Shown in pieces: positions 17,294 to 27,920 of a stretch of 64,000 bases of DNA (position 1 is the first letter of the stretch; every line of letters starts with the position of its first letter). Origin of the DNA: Bacteroidales bacterium (GTDB lineage Bacteria > Bacteroidota > Bacteroidia > Bacteroidales > JAFGUD01). A model generated the notes under the pieces. That model was not told the DNA's origin and did no database searches. It saw only the letters and a list, made by a program, of their open reading frames with translations. A program made the translations under genes and the position numbers. Location: the NCBI GenBank assembly GCA_016936595.1, contig JAFGXO010000171.1:1584-65583 (forward strand), in the 5' to 3' direction.

Positions 17294-18556
17294 ATGTTCG
17301 CTTTAGTTGATTGTAATAATTTTTACGCATCATGCGAGCGGGTTTTTCGCCCCGACTTGAATGGCAAACCCGTTGTAATACTCTCAAACAACGATGGTTG
17401 CGTTATTGCCCGAAGCAACGAAGCAAAAGCTCTTGATATTCCTATGGGTGCTCCGGCTTTTAAATTTGCCGAAATCTTTAAACAAAACAACGTTAATGTT
17501 TTCTCTTCTAATTTTGCTCTTTATGGCGATATGAGTGCCAGAGTAATGAATATTTTATCTGAAATTGCTCCCGAAATTGAAATTTACAGCATCGATGAAG
17601 CTTTTCTTAAATTTACAGGTTTCCAAAATTACGATTTAAACGATTACGGTTTAATGATTCGTAAAAAAATACTTAAACATACCGGTATTCCGGTTAGTGT
17701 TGGGTTTGCTCCCACAAAAGCTCTATCAAAAGTTGCCGTTCATGTTGCAAAAAAATTCCCCGAACGAACTAAAGGAGTGTATGTTATCGATAACGAAGAA
17801 AAAAGAATAAAAGCTTTAAAGTGGCTACAAATTGAAGATGTGTGGGGTATTGGACGAAAACATGCCGAAAAATTAAAAAATGTTGGAATCTTAAATGCTC
17901 TTCGATTTACCGAAACATCGGATTCGTGGATAAAAAAACACATGTCGGTATTAGGACTTCGTCTAAAAAATGAACTCCTCGGAAAATCAACTCTTGATTT
18001 AGATAAAGTTAAAAACAAAAAAAGTATAGCCACAACACGAACTTTTGAAAAAAATTATGCCGATTTTGAACTCATAAAAGAACGAGTTGTTACTTTTGCC
18101 GTAACTTGTTCTGAAAAACTACGTAAGCAAAAATCAAACTGCAATTCAATAATGATTTTTTTACACACAAATTGGCACAGAAAAGACTTACCACAAATAA
18201 ACCCAAATATTGTAATACAACTACCCTACCCTACAAACTCGGCTATTGAAATAGCAAAATTTGCCGTAAAAGGATTAAAACAAATTTTTAAAGAAGGATA
18301 TTTATACAAAAAAGCAGGTGTTGTAGTTATGAATTTTACGCCCGAAAATCCACAACAATTATCTATTTTTGAAAACTCAAATCCTAAGCACAAAAAGCTT
18401 ATGAAAACTATAGATCATATTAACAACAATATTGGAGCAAAAAAACTTAAACTTGCAGCTCAGGATTTAGAAAGAACATGGAAAATGAATCAAGAAAAAA
18501 TTTCGCCTCGATACACAACAAAAATCAACGAAATTTTAAAAATAAAAACCGATTAA
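17294..18556 (+). CDS. umuC: Y-family DNA polymerase V catalytic subunit UmuC
   Basis: 420 aa. MFALVDCNNFYASCERVFRPDL...VVILSNNDGCVIARS...YSIDEAF are canonical UmuC/DinB palm motifs. Confidence 0.9.
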   Translation: MFALVDCNNFYASCERVFRPDLNGKPVVILSNNDGCVIARSNEAKALDIPMGAPAFKFAEIFKQNNVNVFSSNFALYGDMSARVMNILSEIAPEIEIYSIDEAFLKFTGFQNYDLNDYGLMIRKKILKHTGIPVSVGFAPTKALSKVAVHVAKKFPERTKGVYVIDNEEKRIKALKWLQIEDVWGIGRKHAEKLKNVGILNALRFTETSDSWIKKHMSVLGLRLKNELLGKSTLDLDKVKNKKSIATTRTFEKNYADFELIKERVVTFAVTCSEKLRKQKSNCNSIMIFLHTNWHRKDLPQINPNIVIQLPYPTNSAIEIAKFAVKGLKQIFKEGYLYKKAGVVVMNFTPENPQQLSIFENSNPKHKKLMKTIDHINNNIGAKKLKLAAQDLERTWKMNQEKISPRYTTKINEILKIKTD

Positions 18557-18605
18557 ATTCAATTTTAATCAAAACTATAATAAATTTGCGTTTTATAAAA
18601 GTTAG

Positions 18606-19136
18606 ATGAAAAAAAATTTTTTAGCAATATTATTTATCTTAATGCTTACAGCTCCATTTTTAGGAAGCGTTATTTTTATAAAATTTCAGAAAAATGCTAT
18701 CAAAAATGAAGTGAAAAATTATTTGCTAAAAAACACAACAATTAACAACCTTTACAAGATAACTCTTTCTACTAAAGATGCTAAAAACCTAATAAATTGG
18801 AAAAGTAATTATGAATTTGAATATCAAAATAAAATGTTTGATGTTGCAAAATCCGAAATAAAAAAAGACTCCATTAGCTTTTGGTGCTTACAAGATTTTA
18901 AAGAAACTGAGTTAAATAAAAAAACCGGAATTATTGTTAATATTTTACTCGGAAATAATCAAACGAATAAAAACAACCAAAATAATTTTATATCATTTTT
19001 AAATAACCTTTTTTTTACAGATATTTTAAAATGGAAATTTCACATAAATCAATCAAAGTTAAATGATTTTAATATTTTGGTATTTTTTATGTCACAAAAT
19101 ATTTCGCCCTTAACTCCCCCTCCAAAATTATTTTAA
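18606..19136 (+). CDS. Hypothetical membrane-anchored protein
   Basis: 176 aa with an N-terminal TM/signal segment (FLAILFILMLTAPFLGSVIFI). It lies upstream of and co-directional with the TonB-dependent receptor. No family recognised. Confidence 0.45.
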   Translation: MKKNFLAILFILMLTAPFLGSVIFIKFQKNAIKNEVKNYLLKNTTINNLYKITLSTKDAKNLINWKSNYEFEYQNKMFDVAKSEIKKDSISFWCLQDFKETELNKKTGIIVNILLGNNQTNKNNQNNFISFLNNLFFTDILKWKFHINQSKLNDFNILVFFMSQNISPLTPPPKLF

Positions 19137-19333
19137 TTAAAATAATTTATTGTAATAATTAGTAGTTTTTGTAGCTAATTAACAAACATTGTTACCAAAA
19201 CACAACTAAAAATTGCACAAAAAAACCAACGACATACGGTTTTTAAATCATTAACATTCAACACATTAGCTATATGTTTAAATCTGTATTGCTATAACAG
19301 AACACATATGCATAATTAAAACAAAAAAAACTA

Positions 19334-21736
19334 ATGAAAAAAATATTTTTTATACTTATTGCATTATTGTTTTCAATATATGCAAACTCTCAAGTAATTA
19401 CAATTAAGAGTAAAACTAACGAGCAGCCACTTGATTTGGTTGGAATAACAAGTAATAAATCAAGTGCATTTTTAACAACAAATTCCAAAGGCGAAGCCGA
19501 TATATCAGTATTTAAAGGAGCAGATGAAATACACCTCCAATTAATTGGTTATGCAACAGTTATAAAAAGTTATGATGAACTAATAAATAACAATATTGTT
19601 TTTCTTGAAATGGAAAGCATAAACATGGACAGAATAGTTGTTTCGGCAAACCGTTCGGGACAATCGTCGGCAAGTGTGCCAACAAAAATTACATCTATAG
19701 CACGAAAAGACGTAACACTTTTAAATCCACAAACTGCAGCCGATTTACTAACAATTTCGGGAAACGTTTTTATTCAAAAAAGTCAACAAGGAGGCGGAAG
19801 CCCTATGATTAGAGGTTTTTCAACAAATCGTCTTTTATATACCGTTGACGGAGTGCGTATGAACACTGCTATTTTTAGAGGCGGAAACATTCAAAACGTC
19901 ATTTCTCTTGATCCTTTTGCAATTGAAAATACCGAGGTGTTTTTTGGCCCCGGCTCGGTTATTTATGGCAGCGATGCTATTGGTGGCGTAATGAGTTTTC
20001 AAACACTTGTAGCTGAACTTTCAGCTACCGATGAACCTTTTATTACCGGAAATGCCACTACCAGATATTCTTCGGCTAACAACGAAAAAACTGTTCATTT
20101 TGACGTAAATGTAGGTTGGAAAAAATGGGCTCTTTTAACAAGCATTAGCTCAAATGATTATGGAGATTTGCGTATGGGAACAAACGGTCCCGAAGAATAT
20201 TTGCGTCCGTTTTATGTTATTCGTCAGGATAGTGTTGATATTATCCAAACTAACAACAATCCTTTAATTCAAAAACCTTCAGGATATTCTCAAATAAATA
20301 TGATGCAAAAATTACGCTTTAAACCAAATCATAATTGGGACATTCAATACGGTTTTCATTATTCCGAAACATCTGACTATGCTCGTTACGATCGTCATAT
20401 CAGATATAAAAAAGGATTGCCAAGATACGGCGAATGGAGTTATGGTCCTCAAATTTGGATGATGAACAATTTAAACATCACAAATAATAATGATATTTTT
20501 TTATACGATCAACTTGCAATCAGATTAGCTCAGCAATATTTTGAAGAAAGCCGAATTAGCAGAGATATTAACGATGATTTAAGAGAAACAAGAACCGAAA
20601 AAGTTGACGCTTACTCGGCAAACATAGATTTATCTAAAACTATTGGTGTAAAAAATACTATTTTTTACGGAGGTGAATTTATTTTAAATAATGTAACTTC
20701 AACCGGTATAAACACAGATATTTCAACAAATGTAAGCGTTCCCGGACCTTCAAGATATCCTCAAGCATCGTGGTTATCTTACGGTGCTTATATTACTGAT
20801 AAAATTGAATTTAATGATAAATTTATTATTCAAGCCGGATTAAGATATAATCAATATCAATTAGATGCTGTTTTTGACACAACATTTTATCCGTTTCCGT
20901 TTACTACGGCTAATTTAAACGATGGAAAATTTAACGGAAGCTTTGGTTTTGTTTTTCGACCAACAAAAAAATGGATAATTTCGGCAAACGCCGCAACCGG
21001 TTTCCGTTCGCCTAATGTTGATGATGTTGGAAAAGTTTTTGATTCTGAACCCGGTTCGGTTATTGTTCCTAATCCAAATTTAAAAGCCGAATATGTTTAT
21101 AGTGCCGATTTTGGTGTTGCTAAAATGTTTGGTGATTTTATAAAAATTGATTTTAATGTTTACTACACAATATTAGAAAATGCTTTAGTTAGAAGAAATT
21201 ATACTTTGAATGGAATAGACAGCATTATGTACGACGGAACTTTGAGTCAAGTACAAGCCATACAAAATGCAGCCGTAGCAAACGTTTATGGTTTACAAGC
21301 AGGCTTCAACATAAAACTTCCAAGCGGATTTGCTTTAAAATCAGATTTTAATTACCAAAAAGGCCAAGAAGAACTCGACGACGGCACTGTTAGTCCTTCT
21401 CGACATGCTCCACCTTGGTTTGGTGTTACCAGATTAAGTTACTCAACAAATGACCTTAGTTTTCAGTTTTATTCTTTATATAGTGGTGAAAAAAGTTTTG
21501 AAGAAATGCCCGCCGAAGAAATAGGCAAAGATTACATGTATGCTATTGATGCTGAAGGAAATCCGTATTCTCCGGCTTGGTTCACTTTAAATTTTAAAAC
21601 CATGTATAAAATTAATCAAAACTTTACAGTTTCTGCCGGATTAGAAAACATAACCGATCAACGCTACCGTCCATATAGTTCGGGAATTGTTGCTCCTGGT
21701 AGAAATCTTGTGTTTTCGATGAAAGCAAAATTTTAA
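19334..21736 (+). CDS. TonB-dependent outer-membrane receptor with an N-terminal CarboxypepD_reg-like domain
   Basis: 800 aa. It has a signal peptide, plug motifs (DRIVVSANR, PMIRGFSTNRLLYTVDGVRMN, YGSDAIGGVMSF), a long beta-barrel region, and a C-terminal NLVFSMKAKF ending in Phe. Confidence 0.9.
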   Translation: MKKIFFILIALLFSIYANSQVITIKSKTNEQPLDLVGITSNKSSAFLTTNSKGEADISVFKGADEIHLQLIGYATVIKSYDELINNNIVFLEMESINMDRIVVSANRSGQSSASVPTKITSIARKDVTLLNPQTAADLLTISGNVFIQKSQQGGGSPMIRGFSTNRLLYTVDGVRMNTAIFRGGNIQNVISLDPFAIENTEVFFGPGSVIYGSDAIGGVMSFQTLVAELSATDEPFITGNATTRYSSANNEKTVHFDVNVGWKKWALLTSISSNDYGDLRMGTNGPEEYLRPFYVIRQDSVDIIQTNNNPLIQKPSGYSQINMMQKLRFKPNHNWDIQYGFHYSETSDYARYDRHIRYKKGLPRYGEWSYGPQIWMMNNLNITNNNDIFLYDQLAIRLAQQYFEESRISRDINDDLRETRTEKVDAYSANIDLSKTIGVKNTIFYGGEFILNNVTSTGINTDISTNVSVPGPSRYPQASWLSYGAYITDKIEFNDKFIIQAGLRYNQYQLDAVFDTTFYPFPFTTANLNDGKFNGSFGFVFRPTKKWIISANAATGFRSPNVDDVGKVFDSEPGSVIVPNPNLKAEYVYSADFGVAKMFGDFIKIDFNVYYTILENALVRRNYTLNGIDSIMYDGTLSQVQAIQNAAVANVYGLQAGFNIKLPSGFALKSDFNYQKGQEELDDGTVSPSRHAPPWFGVTRLSYSTNDLSFQFYSLYSGEKSFEEMPAEEIGKDYMYAIDAEGNPYSPAWFTLNFKTMYKINQNFTVSAGLENITDQRYRPYSSGIVAPGRNLVFSMKAKF

Positions 21737-22025
21737 ATTATTGAAGGATAACGAATAATAATTTGTTAAAATAACCTCTTTCTATAAACTCCTTATAAAA
21801 TCGGAATAACAAAACCTGTAAAACAACAAGTTTTGTACTACTCCGAAAAATAAGGAGTCTTTTTATAGTAAAAACATATTGAATTATAAACTCCTCCCAT
21901 CGTCAGAGAGACAAACGGTTCAAATTATTAATCATCTGTAATTATACTTTTAAATAGAATTAACCCCTCATAAAATTTTGCCCGTATAAATATAGTTTCA
22001 CCTATTTGTATTATCTTTGCTAACT

Positions 22026-23390
22026 ATGGAAGCCTTAAGATTATCAGAATTAACACTTTTAATAAAAGAAACAATTAACATTTCTTTTGCCGAATTTTAC
22101 ACTGTAATTGCCGAAGTTAACCAACTAAATGTTAATAATTACAGCGGGCATGCTTATTTGCAACTTGTTGAAAAAAAAGAAAATTCAGATTCTGTTATTT
22201 CAAACATCAGAGCAATAATTTGGGCAAATAAGTTTAAAATGTTACAAGCTTATTTTAGAACTATTACCGGAGCCGAAATTACCGAAGACATTAAAATTCT
22301 TGCAAAAGTTGAAGTAAGTTATCACGAAGTTTACGGAATGAGCTTAATTATACATGATATTGACCCAACTTACACTCTTGGAGATATTGAAAAACGACGT
22401 CAGGAAATTATAGACCAGCTAACAGATGACGGCGTAATTAATATGAACAAAAATATTGAATTTCCGCTTGTACCTCAACGAATTGCTGTTATTTCATCGG
22501 CAACGGCGGCGGGTTTATCCGATTTTTTGGATCATCTTACCAATAACGAGCAAGGATACAATGTCTCTTTCAAACTTTTTGAAGCTACAATGCAGGGCGA
22601 AAAAACTGAAAAAAGCATTATTAAAGCTTTAGATGATATTTTTAATAATGTAAATAATTTTGACCTTGTTGTAATTATTCGTGGCGGCGGTTCAAAACTT
22701 GATTTAAGTGCATTTGATTCCTACAATATTGCAGTTAATATTGCTCAATTCCCTTTACCTGTTATTACCGGAATTGGACACCACAGAGACTCTTCAATTG
22801 CAGATATTGTTGCATATAAAAGCCTTAAAACACCTACGGCTGTTGCCGATTTCATTATTCAAAAAATTGACAACTTTTACAATTATTTGTCAGAAAAATA
22901 CGACTATTTAACTAAAATAATTCAAGAAAAAATCAGCACCGAAGAATTTTATTTAGAAAAAGCTCAATCCAAACTTAAAATTGCTATTTCTGATTATATT
23001 TTTCAAAACCAAATCACTATAACTAATTTATCTAACAATTTAAAATATTCTTCATTAAAATTTATTGAAAATAAAATTCAATTTTTAAATCAAAAAAAAC
23101 ACGAAATAAAACTTTTATCAAAAAACAGTATTTCACAAAATATCAATAAGCTTCAAAAGCAAGAAATGTATTTTAATAATCAAATGAAAATTGCACTAAA
23201 TAATGCCGAAAACAAATTAAAAATAATTGATGCAAAATTGCAAACTATTGATCCTCAAAACATTTTAAATATCGGATTTTCAATAACATATAAAAACGGC
23301 AAAGCCATTAAAAATACAGAAAACTTAATAAAGGGCGATAAAATATACACAAAGTTAAAATCCGGAAATATTAACTCCACAGTTGAATAA
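22026..23390 (+). CDS. xseA: Exodeoxyribonuclease VII large subunit
   Basis: It has an N-terminal OB-fold region (LSELTLLIKETIN...GHAYLQL), catalytic-region motifs IAVISSATAAGLSDF, IRGGGSKLDL and TGIGHHRDSSIADIVA, and a C-terminal coiled coil. I chose ATG 22026; the ORF-track start 22017 is TTG. Confidence 0.85.
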   Translation: MEALRLSELTLLIKETINISFAEFYTVIAEVNQLNVNNYSGHAYLQLVEKKENSDSVISNIRAIIWANKFKMLQAYFRTITGAEITEDIKILAKVEVSYHEVYGMSLIIHDIDPTYTLGDIEKRRQEIIDQLTDDGVINMNKNIEFPLVPQRIAVISSATAAGLSDFLDHLTNNEQGYNVSFKLFEATMQGEKTEKSIIKALDDIFNNVNNFDLVVIIRGGGSKLDLSAFDSYNIAVNIAQFPLPVITGIGHHRDSSIADIVAYKSLKTPTAVADFIIQKIDNFYNYLSEKYDYLTKIIQEKISTEEFYLEKAQSKLKIAISDYIFQNQITITNLSNNLKYSSLKFIENKIQFLNQKKHEIKLLSKNSISQNINKLQKQEMYFNNQMKIALNNAENKLKIIDAKLQTIDPQNILNIGFSITYKNGKAIKNTENLIKGDKIYTKLKSGNINSTVE

Positions 23391-23481
23391 ACTAAAACCT
23401 ATAAATATCCGTTCATCAAATAAATTTGGATAAAAATTTACTTTAACTTACTTTTAATGCGAATTTTAAAATCTTACTATC

Positions 23482-24564
23482 ATGTTAAAATCTTTTGAAG
23501 AGTTATCTCAAGACGGATTGAATTATCAAGAATTTGAAACAATTCGCCAAGAAGCCCATGCAAAAAGCAAAAAAGGGCTTATGATTGGAGGTATTATTGG
23601 CGGCACATTGGTTGTTGTAGGTATTATTTTATTTGCAGTTTCTAATCCTGCAATTGGATTTTTTACTATTTTTATAGGTGCAATTATTTTTGGTATTTAC
23701 TACGCTATTGTTAATTCGAAAGCTAAAAAACAAGTAAAAGAAAAAGTTCTTGGAGACCTTCTAAAATCAATAGACCCAACTTTTAACTACTCCAAAGGCG
23801 ATCGGGAATTTGTTCCAAACTTTAGAAAAGCAGGCTTTGTTAAATCAACTTCGGCTGTTCATGTTGACGATGTTTTTATAGGCCAAATTAACGGTTTACA
23901 ATTTAGTTTAGGTGAACTAAAAGTTACCAGACAACAAGGTAAAAACAAACATATTACTGTTTATCAAGGACCATTTGCTTTTACTACAACATCAGCAAAC
24001 TACGGCTTTACTTCAATAATTCCTGACACAATGGAAAAATCACTTGGAGGAATAGGAAAACTTCTTCAAAAAGCCGATATTAGCCGACTAAATCAAAAAA
24101 ATATTAGAATAGACGAAGATCCTGATTTTGAACGAACTTTTGCTGTATGGACAAAAGATGAAACCACTACACGACAAATTTTAAATCCTGAATTTAGAAG
24201 CTATTTAACAGGTTTAGCCACTTTAAGCAGAACATACATAGGCTGGAGAGATAACAATATTTATTTTGGAATGGACAATCGTAGAGATTTATTTAACCTA
24301 AAACTAAAAAATGTAATTTCTCAAAGCACTGTTCGACAATTTTATGACGATTTTGCTCAATATTACAATATTTTAGAAAATATCATTTCGTTTGTAACAA
24401 CAGGTATTGGAGCAGAAAGCAGTACAAATATTAACTCAGGAGATGTACCTCCGCCGCCGGCTGCAAACAATAACGAATATTATGGGGGCAACCAAAATGA
24501 AACTCCGCCACCACCGCCAAGTGGAAATACTACTCCCCCGCCGCCGCCAAAACCTAAATTTTAA
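23482..24564 (+). CDS. DUF3137-like membrane protein with a proline-rich C-terminal tail
   Basis: 360 aa. It has two N-terminal TM helices and a central block (VDDVFIGQINGLQFSLGELKVTRQQGKNKHITVYQGPFAFTT) resembling DUF3137. The tail is PPPPAANNNEYYGGNQNETPPPPPSGNTTPPPPPKPKF. Confidence 0.55.
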   Translation: MLKSFEELSQDGLNYQEFETIRQEAHAKSKKGLMIGGIIGGTLVVVGIILFAVSNPAIGFFTIFIGAIIFGIYYAIVNSKAKKQVKEKVLGDLLKSIDPTFNYSKGDREFVPNFRKAGFVKSTSAVHVDDVFIGQINGLQFSLGELKVTRQQGKNKHITVYQGPFAFTTTSANYGFTSIIPDTMEKSLGGIGKLLQKADISRLNQKNIRIDEDPDFERTFAVWTKDETTTRQILNPEFRSYLTGLATLSRTYIGWRDNNIYFGMDNRRDLFNLKLKNVISQSTVRQFYDDFAQYYNILENIISFVTTGIGAESSTNINSGDVPPPPAANNNEYYGGNQNETPPPPPSGNTTPPPPPKPKF

Positions 24565-24575
24565 ATCTTAATTAA

Positions 24576-24601
24576 CAGCCCTATCAAAGGGCTGTTTTTT
24601 A
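24576..24601 (+). terminator. Rho-independent terminator after the DUF3137-like gene
   Basis: CAGCCCT-ATCAA-AGGGCTG hairpin (7-bp stem) followed by a T6 run. It overlaps the 3' end of the convergent MFS gene. Confidence 0.55.
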
Positions 24602-25984
24602 TTTATTTATATTTTGCTCTAATAATTGTTTTTCCTGTTCTTTATTTTTTAATCTTAATGCCACAAACGTTATAACAACAAGAATAACAACAAGATACAA
24701 AAATGTGTTTTTATAACCATTAACCTGACCAAATTCAGAAACAACAACTCCTATGGCAGCTGCACCAACAATTTGACCTAAACTAATAAAAATTGTAAGC
24801 ATTCCTTGAGTAACAGCTCTATCGGTTGCCGGAACTTCATTTAACATAATATACCTCAATGAACTACCTGATAAAACAGATAAACCAAGGCCAATAAAAA
24901 CTCCTGAGAAATAAAATAAAAATTTACTATCGATTACACGATACAATAAATAAAAACCCACAAAAGTTAAAATAATACCCGTAATTACAACAATTTTAGA
25001 ACCATAACTATCTATTAACCGGCCAAATACAGGAGCTCCAATAGCTGTAGCAATAACAATTGGCAAAAGCATAAAACTTGCAGCCGCAGGCTCTACATCA
25101 AATACACCTGTTGCAAATGTTGGAATAAACACAAACGACGATTGAACTAAACCTGTTGTAAAAGCAATAATTCCAACAATTCTTATTTCTTTATTTCTAA
25201 AAAAACTTAATTTAATAATTGGAGCAGGTGCTTTTCTTTCAATATAAATTGAAATAAAAAATAGAATAATTGAAAAAACTACAAATGGAAAAACATGAAT
25301 AGACAAAATACTTTGTGCTAAATTTTCACTGTCGATATTGTTAACACCGTAAGCAAACGAGCCAAGAGTAAGTCCAATAGTGATTATTCCTTTCCAATCA
25401 AAAAAAGTATATTCTAAACTTTTAGTATTAGGCAAAATTTTAAAACTTCCTAAGATTATAATAATAGCAATAGGAATATTAATTAAAAAAAGCGAATGCC
25501 AAGAAAAATAATGCAATAAAACTCCTGCAATTACAGGTCCTATTATAAAAGCAATGCCAAAAACAGCTCCTATAAGTCCCAAAATTCGACCTCTTTTTTC
25601 CGGTGGAAAAACATCACCAACTACGGCCGAAGCAACGGGCAAAAATCCACTTGCCCCAAATCCTTGAATTGATCTGCCAATCAATAATACAGTAAAGTCA
25701 TTTGAGAAAGAAACAACTATAGAACCTAAAGCAAAAATCGAAACAGCAACAACATAAATAATTTTGCGGCCAAAAATATCAGATAATTTAGCAAATAAGG
25801 AAATTCCTATTAAATTGAACAATATGTATATAGAAAAAATCCACCCAAGCATTCGAGGCTCTATTGAAATTGTTGTTTCAATAGATGGAATTGCCGGACC
25901 AACTATAGAAATATCCAAAGCTCCCATTAAAACACCGGTAAATAACAGTGCTATAAGCCATTTTTTACTGCTTTTTTGTTCCAT
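24599..25984 (-). CDS. MFS transporter (DHA2/EmrB-QacA-like drug:H+ antiporter)
   Basis: 461 aa with about 14 predicted hydrophobic helices. It has the MFS motif-A-like LSDIFGRKIIY and IGRSIQGFGASGFLP. Confidence 0.85.
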   Translation of the reverse strand: MEQKSSKKWLIALLFTGVLMGALDISIVGPAIPSIETTISIEPRMLGWIFSIYILFNLIGISLFAKLSDIFGRKIIYVVAVSIFALGSIVVSFSNDFTVLLIGRSIQGFGASGFLPVASAVVGDVFPPEKRGRILGLIGAVFGIAFIIGPVIAGVLLHYFSWHSLFLINIPIAIIIILGSFKILPNTKSLEYTFFDWKGIITIGLTLGSFAYGVNNIDSENLAQSILSIHVFPFVVFSIILFFISIYIERKAPAPIIKLSFFRNKEIRIVGIIAFTTGLVQSSFVFIPTFATGVFDVEPAAASFMLLPIVIATAIGAPVFGRLIDSYGSKIVVITGIILTFVGFYLLYRVIDSKFLFYFSGVFIGLGLSVLSGSSLRYIMLNEVPATDRAVTQGMLTIFISLGQIVGAAAIGVVVSEFGQVNGYKNTFLYLVVILVVITFVALRLKNKEQEKQLLEQNINK

Positions 25985-26057
25985 TATATAAATATTATCT
26001 CGACAAAATTAAAAAAATATTTTAATTTTGTTATATTTATACAATATTCAAACTATC

Positions 26058-26543
26058 TTAATTTAAAAAATCAGATGTAATTTCTTGAATTTGAAACGAC
26101 CAGTAGAAACTATTTTTAATCATTTTTGCAAATGAACTTCCATTAGAGCAAAAAAACACAAAATTAACAATCATATCATTATTTGTTTTTTGAGCATAAA
26201 TAAAATCCTGTTTATTAGGCGAATATAAATTTATTTCATTAATATTGTCTAAATTTTTCAGCTCGTCGGCATTAATTTTAATTTGCGGATTAATTTTTAT
26301 ATCATCATCAATTTTTGTAATCCAACCATCTGTTAAAGAATAAATAAACTCTACAACAATCAACTGATTTGCTGCTTTTGTATGATTTGGAGTTTGTAAA
26401 TCATAATACTGAGACGTAGTATCAATATAATCACTAAGCTTATAAACAATAACAGGAGGTGTTCCGTCTGAAATAGCAAATACTGAATTTGAAAAAACAA
26501 GAAACAAAACGATGAAAACAGGTTTAATTATAGTCATAATCAA
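26058..26543 (-). CDS. Hypothetical secreted protein
   Basis: 161 aa with a signal peptide (IIKPVFIVLFLVFSNSVFA). No family recognised. Confidence 0.45.
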   Translation of the reverse strand: MIMTIIKPVFIVLFLVFSNSVFAISDGTPPVIVYKLSDYIDTTSQYYDLQTPNHTKAANQLIVVEFIYSLTDGWITKIDDDIKINPQIKINADELKNLDNINEINLYSPNKQDFIYAQKTNNDMIVNFVFFCSNGSSFAKMIKNSFYWSFQIQEITSDFLN

Positions 26544-26756
26544 TGTGTATTAAATGAGCAAAATAGAAAATGTATATTATTAAAACGAAAAAAAAATTAG
26601 AGTAGAGTCCCACATTAAAAAAAAGGGACGGTTCTACACAGTACATTAAATCGCTTAAAATAAGATAGTTAAAACAAATTTATAAAAATGGGAAATTAAG
26701 TTTTTCCTTTTGGACAAAAAAAAATAAATTTACACCTGTAAAACAAAAATAATTTA

Positions 26757-27851
26757 ATGAATTTTATTTTAATAATAGGCTTAGTTATCAGTTTAGGTTT
26801 TTCAACTTATTTTTATGCAATAAGTTTAAAACAATCAAATGTTGACAAGTATCTCGGTGTTGTTTTTTTTATGATTTTTCTTACATTTTTATACAATTAT
26901 TTATGGTATAACGATTTTTTAAAAAATCACCCCGATTATTTATTTTTAGACATTGGTATTCCTTTTTTACTTGGTCCGATGATATGGTTTTATGTTCAAA
27001 GTCTTACTAATCAGAACAAGCCAAAACCGGCAAAATTTATGCACTATGTTCCGGTAATAATAATTTACATGAGTATTTTTGATCTGCTTATATTGCCTGC
27101 CGATCAAAAATTAGAAATTGTTTCGCAACAAGCCCGTCAAGCCGGCTTACGATTTAGCATTTTAACAATTATGCAATTTTTACCCGTGCCTATTTATTTA
27201 ACAGCCGGAATAATAAGAGTAAAAAAATATGAGAAGAGCCTAAAAAACGTTTTTTCATCGGTTCAAACAATCAATCAAAAATGGTTAATAATTCTTTTGT
27301 TTGCTTTTTTAATTTTTTGGCTGATTATTTCAATCGGATTAGTTATTTTAAACTTCTTTATACTTAAAAAAGTATTGTCTTACATTGTTATTATCACATT
27401 TATTGTTTTCCTGTTATTTGTTGGAATATACGGCATTCATAAAAATAAAAGCATAAAAAAATCTAATGAAATAATTGAAAAGACAAAAATCTCAAACGAA
27501 AATAGTTCAAAGAAAACAGAAAAAAAATATGATTTTATTGATGTTTACGTTGCCGAAAAAAAACCTTTTTTATCGGCTGATTTAACCATTAACGATTTAG
27601 CGAAGTCATTAAAAATGCCACCTCACAGATTATCAAAAATATTAAACAACCAATATAACAGCAACTTTTTTGATTATATAAATTTAAAACGAGTAGAAGA
27701 ATTTAAAGAAAAAATTAACAATAATGAACACAAAAAATACTCTATACTATCGTTAGCCTATGAAAGCGGATTTAACTCTAAATCAGCATTTTACAGATAT
27801 TTTAAAAAAATAGAAGGTATTACTCCCGGAGAATTTATTAAACAAAAATAA
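26757..27851 (+). CDS. Membrane-embedded AraC-family transcriptional regulator
   Basis: 364 aa. About 6-7 N-terminal TM helices are followed by a C-terminal AraC HTH (LTINDLAKSLKMPPHRLSKILN...LSLAYESGFNSKSAFYRYFKKIEGITPGEF). Confidence 0.8.
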   Translation: MNFILIIGLVISLGFSTYFYAISLKQSNVDKYLGVVFFMIFLTFLYNYLWYNDFLKNHPDYLFLDIGIPFLLGPMIWFYVQSLTNQNKPKPAKFMHYVPVIIIYMSIFDLLILPADQKLEIVSQQARQAGLRFSILTIMQFLPVPIYLTAGIIRVKKYEKSLKNVFSSVQTINQKWLIILLFAFLIFWLIISIGLVILNFFILKKVLSYIVIITFIVFLLFVGIYGIHKNKSIKKSNEIIEKTKISNENSSKKTEKKYDFIDVYVAEKKPFLSADLTINDLAKSLKMPPHRLSKILNNQYNSNFFDYINLKRVEEFKEKINNNEHKKYSILSLAYESGFNSKSAFYRYFKKIEGITPGEFIKQK

Positions 27852-27920
27852 AATTTTGCATCTGTAATTTTTTTAAAAATTGCAACCATTTTATAAAGCA
27901 AAAACTTTTCTGTCTTTATT

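Noticed and set aside
17740-18033. 97-aa minus-strand ORF
   Set aside because: It is antisense to umuC and has no motif support.
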